Assembly: GCA_963665665.1 (NCBI GenBank)
Contig: OY762428.1
Coordinates: 4,992,001 to 5,056,000, forward strand
Length of the DNA: 64,000 nucleotides
DNA from: Candidatus Kapaibacterium sp.
Lineage (GTDB): Bacteria > Bacteroidota > Ignavibacteria > Kapaibacteriales > UBA2268
Reading direction: 5' to 3'
Position numbers and translations under genes: made by a program. The notes beneath the pieces were generated by a model. That model had not been told where the DNA came from. It ran no database searches and worked only from the letters and a program-made list of their open reading frames with translations. Positions 58,433 to 64,000 of the stretch are shown here, in pieces; position 1 is the first letter of the stretch, and every line of letters begins with the position of its first letter.

Positions 58433-58855
58433 TTAGTCAAAATCCGAAAATATCTCGGCAGGCCATTTCCCGTCCAATAGGATTGAATAGATTATTATTA
58501 TATTTACAGCCCAGGCTCCGACAGTATTAAAGAACATAGCGAATGCTTTAGGAAATAAAATAAGTGCTATTGTTGATACCATTGCGGATATTTGTGCTGC
58601 AAATGTCCATTCAACAATTTCTATAATATTATAAAAACTGAGAGCTGAGAATATGGCGAACAGTCCTGGAAAAGCATAAACAATGATACAAATAGCTTTG
58701 TTAATAGTATCGCCAAAAGATTTCAGAGCCCATGATTTATAACTGTTGTTCTGCTTAAATTTAACACAGAATCCGGTAATAACCCCCTGAAAGTGCCCGA
58801 TGCCATGAACCAGAAGTACTATGAATACCAATAATTTTATTGTTGTTTTTTCCAT
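58433..58855 (-). CDS. Hypothetical membrane protein
   Basis: About four hydrophobic helices; HG.GH motif. Confidence 0.7.
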   Translation of the reverse strand: MEKTTIKLLVFIVLLVHGIGHFQGVITGFCVKFKQNNSYKSWALKSFGDTINKAICIIVYAFPGLFAIFSALSFYNIIEIVEWTFAAQISAMVSTIALILFPKAFAMFFNTVGAWAVNIIIIYSILLDGKWPAEIFSDFD

Positions 58856-58966
58856 GATAAAATTCACCTTGAAATATTTGAATAATTATAATCGAATTCA
58901 ACAGGTATAATTTAAATTATAAAAATCCAATTATTACGCAAAATTATTTTTTTAAAGGTGAATGAT

Positions 58967-58996
58967 AAAAAAGCCCCGTCCGAAAGACGAGGCTTC
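58967..58996 (-). terminator. Terminator of the GNAT-racemase operon
   Basis: AAGCCCCGTC-CGAAA-GACGAGGCTT next to an A-run. Confidence 0.7.
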
Positions 58997-59018
58997 TATT
59001 GAAGAATTATTTAAAAAA

Positions 59019-60089
59019 TTACACTAATTTTTTTTCAATATATTTTGAATTGATGGCTCGTAGTGTACCCATGTAGTCCATTTTGAATTCCAGCAAGTCG
59101 CCAACCTTGTAATCTTTTCGATTTTTGCCAAGATCCATTACAAGCATATCAGAACTTGCCCCTACAAAACTGACGGATTCATCAGTTGGTTGAAGGTGGC
59201 TATGGTCAACATCTAAAAGCCCTAAATCAATAATCGCACGGCAGGATGTTTTTCCAACTTCTTCATCATTGAAATCATATTCATGGCCTTCAACATTAGT
59301 GCCCATTTCTCCAATTGGAACGATAGGTTTTTCTTCCAGCTCGATTATTTCGCAATAAAGTTTAAATGTATCAGGATGCATATTTTTCAGTGGTTTATTA
59401 TTATAAACATCAGTTCCGAGGAACAATGTTTCTCCGACCCTGAAGTGATTAATACTTTTCGGGAGTAATTTCTGAAATATCAGAGGAATTGTAACAGAAG
59501 ACCCACCGGAAACAAAAGGGATTTGTTTTTGAAATTTTGCTTCAATCAATTGCTCATAAAGTCCAAGCTGTATCAATTTATCATGATTCGGCAAAACGCC
59601 ATAGAGACATGATAAATTTGCTCCTATTCCTACTACTTCAATGTTTTCCAATTCAAAAACATTTGAGTAAAACTCCATAAAATCCTCTCCCATAACACCT
59701 TCGCGTAATTCACCGAGTTCAATCATAATGATTATCTTGTGCTTTTTATTTTGTCTGCCAGCTTCTTCAGATAGCATTTGAATAGTATCAATTGATGTAT
59801 TCATACTAATATCAGCATACTTGACAATTGATTTGATCGATCTCTTCGCCGGTGGCTTTATATACATAGTCTCGATTTCAGGGTCTATGGATTTAATTGC
59901 CTTTAAATTGGTTACTCTTGAATCGCAAATGTGCTTTACATTGAGCTTTAACAACTCATTAAGAAATAATTTATTGCCGCATAGCATTTTAGATACTATG
60001 GACCACTGAATATTATTTTTCTCAAAAAGATTATCCAGATATTTGAAGTTCTCATTGAGCTTATTTATGTCTAATGTGATAAACGCCAT
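59019..60089 (-). CDS. Alanine/ornithine racemase-family PLP enzyme
   Basis: IVSK (PLP lysine), DSRV.NL, ELGELREG, G.NL.C.YG..P, SGGSS, FRVGE, GASSD. Confidence 0.9.
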   Translation of the reverse strand: MAFITLDINKLNENFKYLDNLFEKNNIQWSIVSKMLCGNKLFLNELLKLNVKHICDSRVTNLKAIKSIDPEIETMYIKPPAKRSIKSIVKYADISMNTSIDTIQMLSEEAGRQNKKHKIIIMIELGELREGVMGEDFMEFYSNVFELENIEVVGIGANLSCLYGVLPNHDKLIQLGLYEQLIEAKFQKQIPFVSGGSSVTIPLIFQKLLPKSINHFRVGETLFLGTDVYNNKPLKNMHPDTFKLYCEIIELEEKPIVPIGEMGTNVEGHEYDFNDEEVGKTSCRAIIDLGLLDVDHSHLQPTDESVSFVGASSDMLVMDLGKNRKDYKVGDLLEFKMDYMGTLRAINSKYIEKKLV

Positions 60090-60097
60090 GACGGCCC

Positions 60098-60541
60098 CTA
60101 TTTAATTAATCTCATTTCAATATATTTACTTGTATAGCCTACTTTTTCATAAAGATGTCTTGCAGGATTGTCCGGCTCAACATGTAAAGCAATATTGCCT
60201 TTTGCTGTTTCGCTGGCTTTATTCATTAATGCTTTGCCAATTCCCTGTCCGCGGTATCCGTGATGAGTAGCAATATAAACAAGAATATTTTCAGGAATGT
60301 AGTCCAGCATACCTGTTTCATTTACAATTACCACGCCTGTAAGCTCATCGTTTTCGGCATGAGAAGTTAATATAAATCCACCAAATGATGGCCTTTCTTT
60401 CAATGCGTAATCTGCACATTTTTCTATGTCGGCACGGGGGTCGCCGTATTGTTCGAGATGTTTGTAGAGGAAATCGATTAATTGTTCTTTTTCTGTTTCT
60501 GTTGGTTTGTTTTCTGAATCAAATGTTTTGATTAAAACCAT
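60098..60541 (-). CDS. GNAT acetyltransferase
   Basis: YRGQGIGKAL; LHVEPDNPARHLYEKVGY. Confidence 0.92.
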   Translation of the reverse strand: MVLIKTFDSENKPTETEKEQLIDFLYKHLEQYGDPRADIEKCADYALKERPSFGGFILTSHAENDELTGVVIVNETGMLDYIPENILVYIATHHGYRGQGIGKALMNKASETAKGNIALHVEPDNPARHLYEKVGYTSKYIEMRLIK

Positions 60542-60870
60542 AAAAATCCCAAATAAATAAACATACTATTGCTAATAGAATATATAATCCTATGTGAAAA
60601 AATTATACTGTTCTAATTAGATTTTCTAATATAATAAAATATAATGTGATTACCAAATTTGTATAATATATTATAAATTAACATATATACATTATTTAAC
60701 TAATGTAAATAATTTATTAATGAAGTAGTGTTAACATTAATAATAGTTGGATATTTTTTATTAGTTCTATCTGTATGAGATTTGCAGATTAGACTAAATC
60801 AAAGATAAAACCCGCAAGGCTAAGATTTCTTAACATTCCGGGCTTAACATAATTACATTTATAAATAATT

Positions 60871-61827
60871 CTATTCCTCGATACAAATTTCTTTCTTAAG
60901 CATCAGCCTGAATGTACTAAAAATAAGGTAAGCAATAAGGGATATAAGCATAACTGCCATAGCCGTTGCAATATATTTATAGGCATCGGTTCCGGTTTCG
61001 TGATACATCAGCACAGAAGCCAGGCTGAATGCTGCAATAGGGAAGGAGTATGCCCACCACGACAGGAAAAACTTAATTCGTTTGAACATCCTTATTTGCG
61101 ATAACAGTAATATTACAAGAAACATTGCAAAGAAATATAGAATTTTTCCGAATGCGTCAATCTCTCCCGTCAATTTTACATAAGAGATAAGCCCGACAGC
61201 CGGAGGTGCTATCAATATGAACATCGTTGGCAGAAGCTTATCCGGCAAGGGGCTGTGGAATATTATCCTGTTGAACAGGATAACCAGCAGTATTATCCAG
61301 AAGAAGAACCCAATGCTGAAAAAGAACCACGATATTTCTTCTGGGGCATGGGTTGTACCTGCCACCGGAACCAGTATATTTCCTACTGCCGGAATAAACC
61401 ATGCCGGGTTATTATGAATAATCTTGAATTCAGGATGATGTATCCACCTGCTTATTATTGCTATTGTTAAAATAAAATGCAATACTGTTCCAATATGCCA
61501 CAAAACAGATGACAATTCCATATTTACAGATAGCGTTGCCACTGATAACAAAATGAAACTGATAGAAAATGCCGGAAAGAAGCTTATCTTGATTGGATGG
61601 TGGAATTCCATCTTTATTTCATTAGGATATTTTATCAACTTAATGCCATAAGTTATTGAAAGAACAATAAAAACTGTAATGGTTAATATCAGAAATATCG
61701 TTCCGGATAAGTTCCCCAATGAAAATATTGATTCCAGCTTTTGAGTAATAATCGTTAGGCCGGAAAGTCCAAGAATAACCGAGAAAAATGATATCGGGAA
61801 GAATTTTAAACGTAAGTTTTGATCCAT
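60871..61827 (-). CDS. SLAC1/TehA family anion channel
   Basis: FP.SFF..ILGL.GL, E.HHP....FFP, PAWFIPAVGN, LLPT.FILIAPP, F.LSWWAYSFP. Confidence 0.92.
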   Translation of the reverse strand: MDQNLRLKFFPISFFSVILGLSGLTIITQKLESIFSLGNLSGTIFLILTITVFIVLSITYGIKLIKYPNEIKMEFHHPIKISFFPAFSISFILLSVATLSVNMELSSVLWHIGTVLHFILTIAIISRWIHHPEFKIIHNNPAWFIPAVGNILVPVAGTTHAPEEISWFFFSIGFFFWIILLVILFNRIIFHSPLPDKLLPTMFILIAPPAVGLISYVKLTGEIDAFGKILYFFAMFLVILLLSQIRMFKRIKFFLSWWAYSFPIAAFSLASVLMYHETGTDAYKYIATAMAVMLISLIAYLIFSTFRLMLKKEICIEE

Positions 61828-61963
61828 GAATACCCTCATTAAAAAATGTTGTAATACTGATACAATGACGATCAAAAATTAATATTACTGTATCGGTATA
61901 TACTAAAAATCCCCCGATTGCGTAGCAATGCAGGGGATCATCATCCAATACGGAGGTTGATTA

Positions 61964-64000
61964 TTATTTCCTTATAACCTTGATTTCAACACGGCGGTTC
62001 GCACGGCGGCCTTCAGGCGTTGTATTCCTGGAAATCGGGCTTAGTGAACCTTGTCCGCGCGGGAACAATCTATATTTTTCTATACCCTTATTTTGCAGGT
62101 ATTCCGATATTTCATTGGCCCTTTGTTTTGATTTCTCCATCGTGGCATCCAGTGATCCGAAATTATCCGTATGCCCAATAATGGCAAGTTCCGCATCCTG
62201 ATGTATTTTCATATATGCAATCACCATTTCCAGGTATTCCTTCATCTCGTCCGTTATTTTATAATCTTTTGCTTTGTTGTAGAATAGCAACTTTGGTTCA
62301 TTTGGTATAATAATCGCCGCAAGGCTGTCCTCTTTTGCACTCACCTTTACTTCTTCAGGAATATTCTCTTCGTGGCCGCTTTCCTTCTGCTCAATCGAAG
62401 CTTCAACTTCTTCCTTCATCTCATCTTTCAGGCTGTCCGGAACGAAAAGGTCACCCGGTATATCATCATCTTCTTTTTGGGCAACATCATACACTTTGGC
62501 CCCCTTCAGGAATAGGTCAAAGTCAAGGCCTTCCACGAAAGTACCCTCGGTGGTTTTCTCTACCTTGAAGTCCTTAACTTTTTCCGGGTACTCAAGGTCA
62601 AGAATAGCAAGCTGAGTAGAATCAACCCAGGCTGTATATTCCCCCGGAGGCACGCCCATAAAATAGAAGCTGCCATCCGAGAACACCGGTATCTGCTGAT
62701 AGAAGCTGCTGTCGCTCTTCATCACATGCACCTTCACGCCGGCCTGCTCGTATGCCGAATCCTTCACCACTTTAGCCACGCGCCCTTCGATAACCGCCCC
62801 TGCATAGCAGGGAATATCAATCGGCTTATACACATTCGGGTCCGCAATAAACGAGAACTCCGTAAATTCCGGAATCCACAGTGGGTTTTTGATCTGGTCC
62901 GTTCTGATATAAACATTGTACCTGTTATATGGTATCAGGTTGTAAAACTGAAGCATTCCGCCAACAGACCTTCTATTCGCACTTGCTTCAGGGATATACG
63001 CGTTTATTCCTGGTACCAGTTGTTCACCGGAATCATAAACTTCATTACCATTTTCATCAAGAAATACACGTATGTTTGCAGCGCTGCTAGCAACGCTTGA
63101 GCGTATTGATGGATTTGCGATAATAAACTCTCCCTGTGACGGAACAAAACCTAATGTACCTTCAATTTCCTGTGTATAAAATAATTCACCTTCACCGGAA
63201 CCTCGACCGGTTGTTGAAGAGCGAAATTGTGGTAAATTTAATCTTAAGCCAACATTATAACTTATTGGAGCATCTGAATATGTTAAAGACTTACTTAATC
63301 CTCCGGAAAATGATAGCCAATTTGATAATGATTGACCATAATTTAAAGTAAGCATTTGAAATTGGTTATTTGTAATATTGTAACCTGTGCCTAATGATAT
63401 TGAGGCAGGTCCTAGATGTTCGCTTAGTTTATTCATCCATGGGATTGAATACATCAAATTCGTTGAAATCATTTGAAATATATTATCAATCTTGTTTTCT
63501 TTATCCTGAGTAAAACTGATTGTGTAATAACTTGATAAATTGATTGGCCGAAGATTCATAGACATATTAGCTGTTACCATATTCGAACTTATACCAACTG
63601 TTTGATTTCTCGTTGCATTGATAGACAGATTGAAAGGGAGATTGGCTAATCTCGGTAATGTTGTTCTTAATCTAAATTGATGTCTCATACCGGTTTTGTA
63701 GCTTTGCGAGTTGTTAAGATATCTTTTCCATGATATACTATAAGAACCAAATTCTGTAAACCACATATTTGTATTCAGGTCAGTATATTGTTCCGGTACA
63801 AAATTTATGCTGGAAAAAATATTATCAGCAGCTTTGAAAGATAATGAAGTAGCAACATCAATTTTTTTTGAATAAATATTATAAGATATTGAAGATGTAT
63901 TAGACATCCAATGTGTTAGTCCGAAATTTAAAGAGCCACCGGCATATTCGAATAATTCTTTTTCCATAGAGGGCATTTGTCCTGCTCCGATAGCATATCT
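61964..64000 (-). CDS. OmpA-domain outer-membrane protein with a beta-rich region and Ig/carboxypeptidase-regulatory-like domains (5' end outside the window)
   Basis: RVFLDENGN..D.GE; FSDG.FYF.G..PG.Y; C-terminal GHTD..S.QRA..YL..G..P...N.T.EGR..NRRVEI. Confidence 0.85.
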   Translation of the reverse strand, partial: RYAIGAGQMPSMEKELFEYAGGSLNFGLTHWMSNTSSISYNIYSKKIDVATSLSFKAADNIFSSINFVPEQYTDLNTNMWFTEFGSYSISWKRYLNNSQSYKTGMRHQFRLRTTLPRLANLPFNLSINATRNQTVGISSNMVTANMSMNLRPINLSSYYTISFTQDKENKIDNIFQMISTNLMYSIPWMNKLSEHLGPASISLGTGYNITNNQFQMLTLNYGQSLSNWLSFSGGLSKSLTYSDAPISYNVGLRLNLPQFRSSTTGRGSGEGELFYTQEIEGTLGFVPSQGEFIIANPSIRSSVASSAANIRVFLDENGNEVYDSGEQLVPGINAYIPEASANRRSVGGMLQFYNLIPYNRYNVYIRTDQIKNPLWIPEFTEFSFIADPNVYKPIDIPCYAGAVIEGRVAKVVKDSAYEQAGVKVHVMKSDSSFYQQIPVFSDGSFYFMGVPPGEYTAWVDSTQLAILDLEYPEKVKDFKVEKTTEGTFVEGLDFDLFLKGAKVYDVAQKEDDDIPGDLFVPDSLKDEMKEEVEASIEQKESGHEENIPEEVKVSAKEDSLAAIIIPNEPKLLFYNKAKDYKITDEMKEYLEMVIAYMKIHQDAELAIIGHTDNFGSLDATMEKSKQRANEISEYLQNKGIEKYRLFPRGQGSLSPISRNTTPEGRRANRRVEIKVIRK

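Noticed and set aside
1-64000. tRNA, rRNA or riboswitch genes
   Set aside because: None recognisable by eye; an Infernal/Rfam scan would be needed to exclude them.

Overview
Low-GC bacterial chromosomal segment, probably from an FCB-group organism of the Kapabacteria/Ignavibacteria type (inferred from four proteins with T9SS-type C-terminal domains, Shine-Dalgarno-led genes and the OmpA architectures). Housekeeping content: purL, clpS, a TetR-TolC-MFP-RND efflux operon, Nudix/M16/MoxR genes, a carboxyltransferase plus biotin carrier, rex, a K+ channel, a GNAT-racemase pair and a TehA-family transporter. Accessory content: a toxin-antitoxin-chaperone (TAC) module next to a small membrane effector, an ATPase+TOPRIM pair, a full-length IS3 (26438-27880, GAA target duplication) and an IS4 remnant fused to a truncated pepE. 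Two things stand out. (1) Six tandem 286-bp gene copies encode a 77-aa acidic peptide, and a seventh diverged gene shares its C-terminal WEEEPEP(I/M)(L/I)D motif. They lie divergently from an extracytoplasmic TPR histidine kinase and a sigma-54 response regulator, with a hybrid kinase on the other side: a candidate peptide-signalling system. (2) A dispersed composite non-coding element occurs three times (1-470 partial, 27901-29557, 43614-45003). The two complete copies are built from two oppositely oriented 21-bp-period arrays. In one copy the arrays are exactly symmetric about a GAACATGTTC palindrome; in the other they enclose ~550 bp of extremely AT-rich DNA. All protein assignments come from motif recognition by eye, not database searches.
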